A DNA stretch of 64,000 nucleotides, taken from the NCBI GenBank assembly GCA_002269645.1, contig NIVC01001206.1, positions 44,563 to 108,562 of the forward strand. The letters run 5' to 3'. Positions within the stretch are counted from its first letter, which is position 1. Each line of letters opens with the position of its first letter. The notes beneath the pieces were generated by a model. That model saw only the letters and a program-made list of their open reading frames with translations, did no database searches and was not told the origin of the DNA. A program made the position numbers and the translations under genes. The DNA comes from Macrostomum lignano. Its lineage: Eukaryota. Positions 11,386 to 24,482 of the stretch are shown here, piece by piece.

Positions 11386-14300
11386 GTATCTTGTTTTAAA
11401 TCTCATTATTTCATTTTGATCTTATCTTGAACAAAATCAGGTGCATTGCCAAAATGGCATATGACTAAGACTATTACACATTAAGACTACTATAGCTATT
11501 TGCTATTACTGGCTACTAGTATTGAGGGAGAGCTACTAATCTTTTAGCATTGCTATTTCTCTCATAGGCTCTTCTCTTGCAGGCTTGTCCTGCTGGCTTT
11601 CCTAACCACTCATCTCTTTAGCATCATCCAACAACATATTGAGCCAAATTACTTTCCTACCAGTAGTTCCTCAAGTATGGTATTCTTAGTGTATGGTAGT
11701 CTTAGTCCTACATTACCAGATTTCATGTCAGGGGAGGACAGATGACCTTAAACTATCTCCAATGTTAGCAACAGAAGCAAAATACAAAGGCAATAAAAAA
11801 TTTCCTTTCTAGGGAAGGATATATCCCCAGTATCCCTCCTTAGCTATACCTTTAAACAAAATCCCAATGTCAACTACCTATTAAAAAGTTATTATATTTT
11901 ACCCATAGACTGCACTACTAGAATACCATTGCAAATCTATAGCCATTAGAAAATGGGTTCCAGTGCCAGAACTCTAGCCATTGCCGCCACTTTAACTATC
12001 ATTAGATTGTCTGTTGCCAGATTGACTTAAAACCCTCTAGGCCCTACTATCACAATGAGTGACATTGACAATGTCACTACAGTGACTATAATAGACCTAG
12101 AATTGTTTTATTTTTATATTTAATTTATAATTAGCTAGGCCCTAGTCTTGGCTTTTTTTATATATTAGTTGATATCTAAGTAGGGATGCCAACCCTGGGG
12201 AGTGTTCCTTGGGGCCCCCAGGGAGCTTGTTAAGTAATATTCCCCAAAGAGCTTATTGGGGAATAGTCCTCAAAAAATTAGATTGGGGACCCCAGAAAGA
12301 AAAAAATACATTTTTGACCTAATTTTTGCCATTTAAATAAAAAAATTATTCACAAAAAGCTGATTGAAACTCTGTCTATGCTTTTGTATCACATAACTGC
12401 TTATTTCAATGTATTATTTCAAATGCAATACACATTTGAATGTTTTTTCACTATAAGTCTTTAAATCAAGCAAACTGCATGTAGAAACCCATCAGGAAAA
12501 AGAAACCTTACTATCTATTATGTTGGTCTGCATTGAAAGCTTAACACATTTGACGCAGGCATAGTGCTGGTCCTACATACGCAACCCCCCTGATTTACAC
12601 TGGCCATGCAACTTACTTTTTGACCAAAAATGCGACTTACCTGTAAAAGAAACCCTGATGCCAAAGTCCAAAGCTTAAATTAAAGTATATAAAATTCCAC
12701 TTAAGATCTAAGTTATCCACAATTTTTTTACTTATTTTTTCTTTTCCCTGGGGTCTCAAGGAACAACAATAAATTCCCTGGGTATACATGCCCAACCTCA
12801 AAATTTTACCCATCTAGTGCAACTTAGTTTTGTCCAGATTTGCAACTTACCTATGTGCTACTACACTGAATGAACAGGGGGGGGTAGCATACCTTGTGTT
12901 CTTGTGCTTATTGAAAAATGGAGGTACCTCATTTCTCTTCCCTTTCTCCTGCCCTCACTCTTTCCTGATTGATTTATCATTCACTTAATCTATATATGCA
13001 CAACCTTGGGAATCACCTGGCCATTTCTATTGGCAACATATATGTAAGTTGCTATTGGCTAAGAGCAGTCACATGGCTACTATTCTGTCCAATTTCTGTC
13101 CCAGTCTGTTTGTCTAGTCTGTCCTATTTATTGGCAGTGTCAACTGGGGAACAAGAAAAACCCACAGGTGGACCAAGCAAGAGAACAGAGTGATGTCAGG
13201 AAAAATATCACCAATAGGAAATTTTTTTGCACTAGAGTTTGGCCTCCAATCCATTCACCCAGTGGTAGTTTAGCCTACCACAAAATGCAAGTTTTAGAGG
13301 TATTTTTAAAGGGAAAATACAAATTTTTATGTTTGTCTTTTTTGCAAAAAAGTTTTAGCACATTGTGCAATCAAATTATTTTGGTAGGATTTGTTTTGGC
13401 ACAGGTGTGCCATGATCCTGACTGTCAATTAACCAGTAGGCCATTACTAACCTTCAACCTATTTATGTATCTTACAGTGGCATACAGTGGCATAGCCAGA
13501 GTTAATGGCTTACTTTTGTATATTGCTATATATATTGCTATATATATATTATTGTGATAGTACATTTAAGCCATTTCTTTTATACTATTATTTATTTGTG
13601 TATAATATAGGCTAAATTTTATGTATATCTTATCATAAGTACTATTCTTCCTATACAAATTTACAATTGCGCAGCTAGATCTGCAATTCTTGATCAACTT
13701 ATTCTTGATCCCATTTTTTAAATAAAATTCTTGTATGATCTTGCTTAAAAACTAAAATCTGATCTTGGTTGGACTCTATTTGCTATTATCACCTGAGTCT
13801 TGACCTATTTGTTATTTATTATCTTATATTAGTGGTTTCATCATCTACCAATCAGACAAGTTAGAAGCAACCATGAAACAATTTGGTAAATTGGTATAAT
13901 ATAACACTTATAGGTGGGTCAAATATTTGAAAAACAATGTTTTTCAATACTTTCAATATTTGAATGCACACATACTATGGGGCTTAGAGTGCTTAATATA
14001 TAACTCTAAACAAGTAAAAATTCAATTTGAAAGTGAGTCAAAATTTGAAAACAATGCTTTTTTATGTTTTCAATGTTTAAATCTTGAATTTGAATGCCTC
14101 CATAGGGACTTAATGTGCTAGTACATTCATGAGAAAAATATAACACACTTGGGGTATTATACCAATAGTGACTATAAAAGTTCAAAAGCTCTATGTAGTT
14201 TATTCAAAAATTTCTATTACTATCTTTGTTGCCTGCATCCCTAATGTGGGGTGCTGATGGCTAGTCCTATATACTAAAAATGAGTCTCGAAAAATGAAAT

Positions 14301-14444
14301 ATGAGCAATTGATTTTTAGCAAAAATAGCTAACTGATTTTCTTCAATTTTTTTTGCATTAAAAGCCAATTTCTTTATGAATTTTTTCCTTGTCATTTGTT
14401 GCATTATAAAAGTTCATATCGAATAAAAAATATAAAAATTTTGC

Positions 14445-17400
14445 ATGAGCATTTTCGGCAGTCAGCTTCTGTGCCTTGCGCGATTGCATAGACACTTAAG
14501 CTTTAAGGCCTATCTGAAATTGACAGCATCACGGTCAGCTTGCATGGCTGCTACTGTTGCTACTGCTGATACTACTGACTTTTCAGTAGTCACTACAGTA
14601 GACAATGCTGCTAATGCTTCTGAAGAGTCTAATATTAAGCCACAGTTCTACTTTGAAAATGGTCTTCGTAAAGTGAGTGCACTTTGGTTTTATGGGTTGT
14701 ACTTGTATTAATAATTTATTGATGTACATGTTTATAAGAATAATCCTAAGGGATCTGGAAATCAAACTAATTTAGTGTAATAATAAATATATAAATTACT
14801 ATTTATATGGCCAGATGTAGGCCACAGCTGTTGAATTTGAAGGTTGTGTATGGCTGTTCAGTCCAAGAACTGGGGGGTCGCCACACAAACCCCCAGTTAC
14901 CCCAGCTAATGCTGGCACCCATTTTACAGATGGGTGAACTGAAGCAATACAGAGTTAAGTGTCTTGCTCAATGACACAAATCGTTCCAAGTGGAATTGAG
15001 AATCGAACCCCCGACCTTTCAGTCGTGAGTCCGACGCTCTAACCACTAGGCTACAACCTCCACTAGATTATACTTTTTCAAGAATCGCCCCATAAACCTA
15101 TTCAAGAATCGCCCCATAAACCCATTCAAGAATCGCCCCATAAACCTATCTAAGAATCGCCCCATAAATCCATTCAAGAATCGCCCCATAAACCAATTCA
15201 AGAATCGCCCCATAAACCAATTCAAGAATCGCCCCATAAACCTATTCAAGAATCGCCCCATAAACCCATTCAAAAATCGCCCCATAAACCTATTCATCGC
15301 CCCATAAATCAGCTGTCTAAACTTCTGTTCCCAACCGCAAATCGCCAGGTATACCCGTACTACTTTGTCTATTCAACCTACACCAAACGGCGTTGGTTGG
15401 GCAAGAAGCTGAAAGAAGTTCTTCTGGACGAGTACAGAGGCACTACGGAGGAGGCTCTGGTAATGACTTCGTCTCAGTTAGAAACCGATTGCTATGTTTT
15501 TTGTGTCGTTTTAAAAGAGCTGACTTTATTTTAATCCCTTGTTTCAGTTAGATCAGAGATTTTCAACTTAAACGAATCACGATTAATGGCGAGCCCGCTG
15601 CTGAGGGCCACGTTCTGGATCACAATGAGCACATTCAGAGAACTGTGCACAGGCACGAGCTGCCAGTGCTAGGTTAGTTACTAGGGGTATCATTGTATGT
15701 TCGTGTCTTTTGTGTCTTTTGTTCGCCCTTCTGTGTTTTTTGTTCGCCCTTCTTTGTATCTTTTGTTCGCCCTTCTTTGTGTCTTTTGTTCGCCTTTCTT
15801 TGTGTCTTTTGTTCGCCCTTCTTTGTGTCTTTTGTTCGCCCTTCTTTCTGTCTTTTGTTCGCCCTTCTTTGTGTCTTTTGTTCGCCCTTCTTTGTGTCTT
15901 TTGTTCGCCCTTCTTTGTGTCTTTTGTTCGCCCTTCTTTGTGTCTTTTGTTAGCCCTTCTGTGTGTCTTTTGTTCGCCCTTTGTATCTTTTGTTCGCCCT
16001 TCTTTGTCTTTTGTTCGCCCTTCTTTGTGTCTTTTGTTAGCCCTTCTGTGTGTCTTTTGTTCGCCCTTTGTATCTTTTGTTCGCCCTTCTTTGTCTTTTG
16101 TTCGCCCTTCTGTGTATCTTTTGTTCGCCCTTCTTTGTGTCTTTTGTTCGCCCTTCTGTGTGTCTTTTGTTCGCCCTTCTTTGTGTCTTTTGTTTGCCTT
16201 TCTTTGTGTCTTTTGTTCGCCCTTCTTTGTGTCTTTTGTTCGCTCTTCTGTGTATCTTTTGTTCGCCCTTCTTTGTGTCTTTTGTTCGCCCTTCTGTGTG
16301 TCTTTTGTTCGCCCTTCTTTGTGTCTTTCGTTTGCCTTTCTTTGTGTCTTTTGTTCGCCCTTCTTTGTGTCTTTTGTTCGCTCTTCTTTGTGTCTTTTGT
16401 TCGCCCTTCTTTGTGTCTTTTGTTCGCCCTTCTTTGTGTCTTTTGTTCGCCCTTCTTTGTGTCTTTTGTTCGCCCTTCTTTGTGTCTTTTGTTAGCCCTT
16501 CTGTGTGTCTTTTGTTCGCCCTTTGTATCTTTTGTTCGCCCTTCTTTGTGTCTTTTGTTCGCCCTTCTGTGTCTTTTGTTCGCCCTTCTTTGTGTCTTTT
16601 GTTAGCCCTTCTGTGTGTCTTTTGTTCGCCCTTTGTATCTTTTGTTTGCCTTTCTTTGTGTCTTTTGTTCGCCCTTCTGTGTGTCTTTTGTTCGCCCTTC
16701 TTTCTGTCTTTAGGCTGTCCTTCTTTGCGTCCTGTTTGCCCATTTTGTCTTTAGCAAGTAGTGTATTTAGCCAGTCTCATCCCCATTCCCCCTATTCCTG
16801 CAGACGCGCCAGTGGACATAGTACACGAAGACAGCGAAGTCCTAGTCGTGAACAAGCCGCCAGGCCTGCCGATACATCCGTGCGGCAGATTCAATCGCAA
16901 CTCTCTGTCCTATTTGTTAGAGTGCGAGCACAAGCGCACCGGTCTGCATATTGTGCACAGATTGGATCGCATGACTTCTGGCGTTTTAATTATTGGCAAA
17001 TCGTCTCAGAGAGCGTCGACTCTGTCTGGTCTGGTTCGCGATCGGGCTGTGCAGAAATGGTACCTGGCCAGGGTTGAAGGAAGGTAAGCTAAACTTTTTG
17101 GCATCACTTTTGGCATCTTAGCAACTTTACCATTGAGTCATGGCATCTCAGCATCTCCCCCATTGAGCCTATGGCATCTCAGCAACTCCCCCTTGAGCCT
17201 ATGGCATCTCAGCAACTCCCCCTTGAGCCTATGGCATCTTAGCAACTCCCCCATTGAGCCTATGGCATCTTGAGCCTATGGCATCTCAGCAACTCCCCCA
17301 TTGAGCCTATGGCATCTCAGCAACTCCCCCTTGAGCCTATGGCATCTTGAGCCTATGGCATCTAGCGTCTCCCCCATTGAGCCTATGGCATCTCAGCAAC

Positions 17401-19408
17401 TCCCCATTGAGCCTATGGTATCTCAGCATCTCCCCCATTGAGCCTATGGAATCTCAGCATCTCCCCCATTGAGCCTATGGTATCTCAGCATCTCCCCCAT
17501 TGAGCCTATGGCATCTTGAGCCTATGGAATCTCAGCATCTCCCCCATTGAGCCTATGGCATCTTGAGCCTATGGCATCTCAGCAACTCCCCCTTGAGCCT
17601 ATGGCATCTTGAGCCTATGGCATCTAGCGTCTCCCCCATTGAGCCTATGGCATCTCAGCAACTCCCCCTTGAGCCTATGGCATCTTGAGCCTATGGAATC
17701 TCAGCATCTCCCCCATTGAGCCTATGGCATCTTGAGCCTATGGCATCTCAGCAACTCCCCCTTGAGCCTATGGCATCTCAGCAACTCCCACCTTGAGCCT
17801 ATGGTATCTCAGCAACCCCCCCTTGAGCCTATGGCATCTTGAGCCTTTGGCATCTTACCGTCTCCCCCTTGAGCCTATGGCATCTCAGCAACTCCCCCTT
17901 GAGCCTATGGCATCTCAGCAACTCCCCCCTTGAGCCTATGGCATCTTGAGCCTATGGCATCTCAGCAACTCCCCTTGAGCCTATGGCATCTTGAGCCTAT
18001 GGAATCTCAGCATCTCCCCCATTGAGCCTATGGCATCTTGAGCCTATGGCATCTCAGCAACTCCCCCTTGAGCCTATGGCATCTCAGCAACTCCCACCTT
18101 GAGCCTATGGCATCTCAGCAACCCCCCCCTGAGCCTATGGCATCTTGAGCCTTTGGCATCTTACCGTCTCCCCCTTGAGCCTATGGCATCTCAGCAACTC
18201 CCCCTTGAGCCTATGGCATCTCAGCAACTCCCCCCTTGAGCCTATGGCATCTTGAGCCTATGGCATCTCAGCAACTCCCCCTTAAGCCTATGGCATCTTG
18301 AGCCTATGGCATCTTAGCGTCTCCCCCTTGAGCCTATGGCATCTTGAGCCTATGGCATCCTGAGCCTATGGCATCTCAGCAACTCCCCCTTGAGCCTATG
18401 GCATCTTGAGCCTATGGCACCTCAGCATCTCCCCCATTGAGCCTATGGCATCTCAGCATCTCCCCCATTGAGCCTATGGCACCTCAGCATCTCCCCCCTG
18501 AGCCTATGGCATATCAGCACCTCCTCCCTGAGCCTATGGCATCTCAGCACCTCCTCCCTGAGCTTTTGGCATCTCAGCATCTCCCCCCTGAGCCTATGGC
18601 ATTTCAGCATCTCCCCCCTGAGCCTATGGCATCTCAGCATCTCCTCCACTGAGCATCTCAGAGAGCTCTTATTTTTCTCACCTTCTTAACGCCTAAATGT
18701 CAATAAAATTATAAATATCATAAAATAAAATAAATACTGTCAGTAGCTTATTAGCACATTTCGCTTCGTATAGAATGTGTCATATTTTATAAAATAAACC
18801 CGATAACAGTTCTGAGTTCGAATCTGCATCTAAAAATATCTATTTTTCTTTTTAGATTTCCTGAAGCAGCAGAACTCGGGACAGAAGACGATTTAATTTC
18901 TAGAGAAGATGACGCAATCGTCTGCTCCGGTTCGCTTGGCCATCTGAGTCGAAAACTCGGTCTACAAGCCGTGCTTACGGAGGCCGAAGGCGGCAAACCC
19001 AGCAAGTCTTTGTTTCGTCGGCTGTCTTACAATGGCCGCACCAGTTTAGTTGAATGCCAGCCGCTGACTGGGCGGACCCACCAGCTGCGGGTGCACCTGC
19101 AGTACCTGGGCTTTCCTATCGCCAACGATCCGCTTTATAATAGCGAGGTCTGGGGACCCGAGAAAGGCCGGGGCGGAAGGTGAGGGGCTGCGACAGCGCT
19201 GATTGACAGATAGAGCGATTGTAGATGTATATTGATTAATTACTGGGTTTATGGATAGATGAGATAGATAGATACATACATAAATAGATCTGTTCTATCT
19301 ACTGGGCTGATTGATTGATGGATGGATAGATAGACTGACAGATAGATAGACTGACAGATGGACAGATAGATAGATAATACAGATAGACTGACAGATAGAT
19401 AGACAGAC

Positions 19409-19471
<63 letters not shown>

Positions 19472-19532
19472 CAGATGGATAGACAGATAGATAGATATAC
19501 AGATAGACTGACAGATAGACAGATAGATAGAC

Positions 19533-19567
<35 letters not shown>

Positions 19568-19777
19568 CAGATGGATAGATAGACAGATGGATAGATAGAC
19601 AGATAGATAGATAGACAGATAGACTGACAGATAGACAGATAGACTGACATATAGACAGATGGGCAGATAGAAATATAGATAGATAGATAGATAGACTGAG
19701 AGACTGACAGATAAACAGATAAATAGACTGACAGATAGACAGATAAATAGACTGACAGATAGACAGACAGACAAATT

Positions 19778-19841
<64 letters not shown>

Positions 19842-19845
19842 GGTT

Positions 19846-19911
<66 letters not shown>

Positions 19912-20337
19912 TGCCTAGATTCCTCCCCTCCCCCACGCTTCAGATTCGGCAAGCCCAAGGAGCAGCTGCTAGCAGATTTAATGCGACTACACGACAGCGA
20001 TAATTTCCTATTAAGCCTGCGGACTAAAGACTTTCTTGATGACGACAAAGACTCAGCAGACGTGGCCGCTAAACGACCGAGACTGTCCGACGCTGTCTGC
20101 TACAGACTTGTCGACCGACCCAACCCGGACCAGCGCTACAATTGCCAGCATTGGCGCAGCGATCCGCACTGCGAAGATTGCATTCAGATTCAGCAGAACC
20201 GACTGTACAGGGATCCTCGGCATAACGAATTGGTGCTGTTTCTGCACGCTGCCAGATATCGCGGCCCGGACTTTGACTATTGTGCCCCGCTGCCCGACTG
20301 GGCTGATGATTACTTCGACTGTTCTAGCTTTGTTTAA
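14445..20337 (+). CDS. RPUSD2: RluA-family RNA pseudouridine synthase (RPUSD2/Rib2/Pus9-like), 6 exons
   Basis: Exons 14445-14672, 15349-15459, 15552-15672, 16804-17083, 18856-19179, 19944-20337, all GT-AG and phase-compatible. Motifs [38 protein letters not shown] (catalytic Asp), [29 protein letters not shown]. Confidence 0.92.
14822..15059 (-). mobile_element. tRNA-derived SINE with CORE-like domain (copy 2, intron 1 of the RPUSD2-like gene)
   Basis: The reverse complement has TAGTGGTTAGAGCG (A box), GGTTCGATTC (B box) and the same body and tail as copy 3. Confidence 0.85.
15066..15306. repeat. 24-bp minisatellite (AAGAATCGCCCCATAAACCTATTC), ~10 copies
   Basis: Direct tandem repetition. 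Confidence 0.9.
15700..16735. repeat. ~23-bp minisatellite (TTTTGTTCGCCCTTCTTTGTGTC), intron 3
   Basis: Direct tandem repetition; it explains the overlapping repetitive ORFs. Confidence 0.95.
17135..18660. repeat. 30-bp/16-bp composite minisatellite (GAGCCTATGGCATCTCAGCAACTCCCCCTT), intron 4
   Basis: Tandem units with interspersed 16-bp GAGCCTATGGCATCTT sub-units. Confidence 0.95.
19250..19912. repeat. (GATA)n/(GACA)n microsatellite, intron 5
   Basis: Direct. Confidence 0.95.
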
Positions 20338-20611
20338 TTCAAAGCTCGTTGCCAGCTATATACTACTGTTGATAGGCTGTTTGTTGCATTTGTTTTGCAA
20401 TCTTTGATAATAGATTGCAATCTTTGATCTTTGATAATTTGATAAACTATGAGTAATCGACGTTGATACTTTCCTGAAAAAGTAAACAACGATACTGATA
20501 ATGCACTGGTATAGGCATTTAAAAATATACGCCTTTTTTGTTAACTTCAAGTATTCATTTTTAGGTTACTGTGCGTACAATTAACTATAAAATTTCTGAC
20601 GCTCACCTCTT

Positions 20612-21345
20612 TTATAATCACCTGACCAATACCTGAAAATCACCTGACAATCACCTGACCAATACCTGACAATCACCTGACCAATACCTGACAATCACCT
20701 GACCAATACCTGACAATCACCTGACCAATACCTGACAATCACCTGACAATCACGTGACCAATACCTGAAAATCACCTGACCAATACCTGACAATCACCTG
20801 ACAATCACGTGACCAATACCTGACAATCACCTGACCAATACCTGACAATCACCTGACCAATACCTGACAATCACCTGACCAATACCTGACAATCACCTGA
20901 CCAATACCTGACAATCACCTGACAATCACGTGACCAATACCTGACAATCACCTGACCATTACCTGACAATCACCTGACCATTACCTGACAATCACCTGAC
21001 CATTACCTTACAATCACCTGACAATCACCTGACAATCACCTGACCAATACCTGACAATCACCTGACCAATACCTGACAATCAACTGACAATCACGTGACC
21101 AATACCTGACAATCACCTGACCAATACCTGACAATCACCTGACAATCACGTGACCAATACCTGACAATCACCTGACCATTACCTGACAATCACCTGACCA
21201 TTACCTGACAATCACCTGACCATTACCTGACAATCACCTGACCATTACCTGACAATCACCTGACCATTATCTGACAATCACCTGACCAATACCTGACAAT
21301 CACCTGACCATTACCTTACAATCACCTGACCAATACCTGAGAGTC
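20612..21345. repeat. 22-bp (2x11) minisatellite CACCTGACCAATACCTGACAAT
   Basis: Direct tandem repetition. Confidence 0.95.
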
Positions 21346-21515
21346 ACCTGACTCACCTGATCTGACAGTCAACTCTAACAGAAAACCATAGTCTCCTAGT
21401 TTTATTGGCTAGTATTATTAAAATCACAAACACTACTCATTAGTAACACGCACATATACTTATTTTCCTGCCACTCCAAGCAGCAGCAGCATCAGCAGCA
21501 TAATACACACTTCAA

Positions 21516-22700
21516 ATGAAACCAAAACGTCTCAGACGCAACAGCGACTTGGGCGTTGGTGCCTCCTACGATCCGCCCTCGCCTCCGCCGCCTCTGCCGC
21601 CCCCGTTTCCGCCCCCTACTCCGCCGTTGAGTCACCCGCCGCCAACTACTGCGCTGCCTCCACAGCCGCAGCAACAGCAGCAGCAGCAGCAGCAGCAACA
21701 GTTGCGTAGATCAAAACGCCTGTGCACCAGACCCAGAAGCCCCCGTCTGGATGTCCGCCTCTACTGCTCCCTGTGCGCCGAGAGTTTAGAAACCGGAGTT
21801 GACCTGGCCAGCCCGGACACCTGCACTGGGCATACTTTTCACCTGGCCTGCATGACAGCCTGGCTGGAGACTCGGTCCAGTCCTGTCTGTCCCATCGAGG
21901 CCTGCAGTCGCCCGTTCGCCAACGTGTGCGTCCGTCGCCGTCCGGGCGGCCGGGTGCTCCAACGCCTGCACGCCGATCAGAGCTTTGCCTGTCCGATCTG
22001 TCGGGAGCCGCTGGCTGGCCAGTGCGCCAGTCCCGACTGCTGCCGGCACGCCTTCTGCCTGCCCTGTCTTCGTCGATGGTCGCGCGCTAGCGACGCTTGC
22101 CCGCTGGATCGGCGTCGATTCTCGTCGATTTGCCTTCGACCAAGGGTCGGCTCTGAACGACTGCTCAGGCGTGTTCGGGTGGCGCCGCCAAGGAGGCAGT
22201 CGCCGGAGCCCGCGCCCCAGCCGCCCCAGCCGCCCCCTCCGCCGCCCCCGCCGCCGCCGCCCCCGCCACCGCCTCCACCGCTTCAACAGGCTCCGATTGC
22301 GGCGCCGCCTCCGCCGCCACCTCCGCCACCACCGCTGCCGCCTCCACAGCTGTCGGGGCTGCATACTCATCCTCATCATCATGCTCAACAGCATCATCAG
22401 CATCAGCTGCTGTTGCAGCATCATCAGCATCAGCAGCATCATCATCAGAATCCTCACGCCGCGGCTGCAGCAGTGGCAGCAGCAGCAGCAGCAGCCGCCG
22501 CTAACAACAGCAACAGCAATGGAAATCCAGTCGGAGTCGGCGCTGCTCTTACGACAACATCTGGCGGCGGCGCTGGCGAACCAGTAGTTGTTGATGTGAG
22601 AAATCTGCTGGACTATCTGAGACTGATGAGCATCAGCCGGCTAGCTGATGGAGACTATTATGGCTACTGTTTCTACTCTAGCCTGCTCAGAGCTATCTGA
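21516..22700 (+). CDS. Intronless double RING-finger protein (PHRF1/SCAF11-type RING) with poly-P/Q/H/A tracts; probable E3 ligase
   Basis: 394-aa ATG ORF containing CSLC..C.GHTFH..C..W..CP..C and CPIC..CRHAFC..C..WS..CPLDR..F. Each RING is followed by an F..(V/I)..R...G...L.R segment as in PHRF1. Confidence 0.85.
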   Translation: MKPKRLRRNSDLGVGASYDPPSPPPPLPPPFPPPTPPLSHPPPTTALPPQPQQQQQQQQQQQLRRSKRLCTRPRSPRLDVRLYCSLCAESLETGVDLASPDTCTGHTFHLACMTAWLETRSSPVCPIEACSRPFANVCVRRRPGGRVLQRLHADQSFACPICREPLAGQCASPDCCRHAFCLPCLRRWSRASDACPLDRRRFSSICLRPRVGSERLLRRVRVAPPRRQSPEPAPQPPQPPPPPPPPPPPPPPPPPLQQAPIAAPPPPPPPPPPLPPPQLSGLHTHPHHHAQQHHQHQLLLQHHQHQQHHHQNPHAAAAAVAAAAAAAAANNSNSNGNPVGVGAALTTTSGGGAGEPVVVDVRNLLDYLRLMSISRLADGDYYGYCFYSSLLRAI

Positions 22701-23329
22701 GTAGAGATCCGTTTATACTGTGCCCCAACATATGCCTAACAGTTGTGCCATCCCAGGTGCTAGTAATGACGCTCTCAAAAGTTTCTGTTAGTTTTAGTTT
22801 CAGCCATAGACTATGAAGCTCTACAAGAGAACTCTTGGATGAGAAAAATTTAAAGTAGCGTCATGGCCAATCTTAGGCAACAGGAAAGTCTCATTCCTTG
22901 GAAATTGTTCAATTTCTAACTGATTGAATTGCTACTGATAAGTAGTGTTGTTACAATTTTCCAAGTTTTTTGTTTGCTAACTAAATGATCAGCTTTGTAC
23001 ATACAGATAGTAAAGTTACTGTTGGGCTTTGTTTTCTGTAATTTTTGCATTGTTTCTGCTTTTTTTGAAAATGCCACATTTGCAGTCTCATGTGCCAGCG
23101 GCCCAGGCTCGATTCCAAGTGCAGTCACCTTAATTTGGCGCTAAATTGAAACCTCGGCTGCAGCACCGCTCGTGCAACTGCAACCCAAGGCACAGTAAAA
23201 TGCACATGCCTAACGATAAATAAAGTCAGGGCGGCTGTACACTCCTGTGTGAGGGTGTGCCTGTGCGTATGACTGCGTACGTATCCGCGCGTTTGTGTGC
23301 CTGCTCAGGGGAGCTCTTTTCTCTAATAA

Positions 23330-23490
23330 TCTCTCCTTTCCTCTCTCCTCTCCTCTCTCTTCTCTCCTCTCTTCTCTTCTCCATTCTCTCCTCTCTCTCT
23401 TCTCTTCCCTCTCTTCTTTATTCCCTCGCCTCTACTTTCTACTATCTCTCCTCTGTCTTCTCCATTCCCTCTCTCCTCTCCCCTCCTTTG
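23330..23490. repeat. CT-rich low-complexity tract
   Basis: Direct. Confidence 0.8.
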
Positions 23491-24243
23491 GTCCGCAGTC
23501 ATGCGCTTGATTTTCTATCTGGCCCTTCAATCAATAAGGCCTACGAACCCTTGCTCTAAACTAATAAAAATATATACCTCGGCTATTTTTCGGGCTTTTA
23601 TTTTTGTCTTGTGCTTGTATTGCTTAGTTAACTTGTTTGGTTAAAAGTTTTAATAAAAATGCTGTTTTTGTAGTTCATTGTTATTAATTATTATTATTTA
23701 TACAACAACCTTTGTCTCTTTTAAGATTTCCTTCACATACTACTGCTAACTTTAGTAGTAATAGTAGTAGTAGAAGGTACGAAATCTCGCTTTTGTTTTT
23801 AAAAGAATAGTTTATTTGCAGTCCATATATTTGCAGTATATATGGAGCAGTCTTCCCAATAACATCGGATATTGTTAAGGTGTCCTTTACTGTTCTCTAA
23901 TTAGTTGGTCGCGAAGGGATCCAGGGGGGGCATTGTACTGACTTTCTAGTGGTATTGTACACAGTCTGTGCCTCGATTGCGGGTTTTTAATAATTGTAAA
24001 TTCTCTATTGTAATTTTCATCTTTCTTTTGCTGCTAAAGTACGACTTTTTACTGGCTTTATATTGTACTATTATTTTTTCTCCCCGAGTACCTGTTGTTT
24101 GTACACCGCTTTCTGCCTTTGGTCTGGTGGCATTCCAGTCTATATGCCAGTGCGTTGTGTCTGTTTTCTTTTGAACACAAAAATTTTAATTGAAATTTAA
24201 ATTACTATTTATAGTATACACTGCAAGCCAGTGATTGTAACAA

Positions 24244-24482
24244 GAGGTTGTTGTGGACTAGTGGTTAGAGCGTCCGACTCACGATTTGATGGTCGGGGGT
24301 TCGATTCCCGATCCCACTCGGAACAATCTGTGTCCTTGAGCTTTCACTTTAACTCTGCATTGCTTCAGTGTTTACCCAGCTGTAAAATGGGTGCCAGCAT
24401 TAGCTGGGGTAATTGAGGCTGTGTGTGGCGACCCCTCCAGCCTTTGAACAGCCGTACGCAGCCTTCAAATTCAACAGCTGTC
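24244..24482 (+). mobile_element. tRNA-derived SINE with CORE-like domain (copy 3)
   Basis: TAGTGGTTAGAGCG A box, GGTTCGATTCCC B box, TGTGTCCTTGAGC core, tail GCAGCCTTCAAATTCAACAGCTGT shared with copy 2. Confidence 0.85.

Noticed and set aside
12181-14243. TAGGGATGC ... GCATCCCTA as hAT terminal inverted repeats
   Set aside because: Only a 9-bp match, and the 8-bp flanks (TATCTAAG vs ATGTGGGG) are not a TSD.
15693-16754. Hydrophobic repetitive ORFs resembling membrane proteins
   Set aside because: 23-bp array in RPUSD2 intron 3.
23075-23130. tRNA-like fragment GGCTCGATTCC
   Set aside because: Only a degenerate T-arm; no A box or cloverleaf.
24244-24320. tRNA genes at SINE heads (also 14985-15059 and 6047-6120)
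   Set aside because: A/B boxes are present but there is no closed acceptor stem, and each is followed by the shared SINE body.
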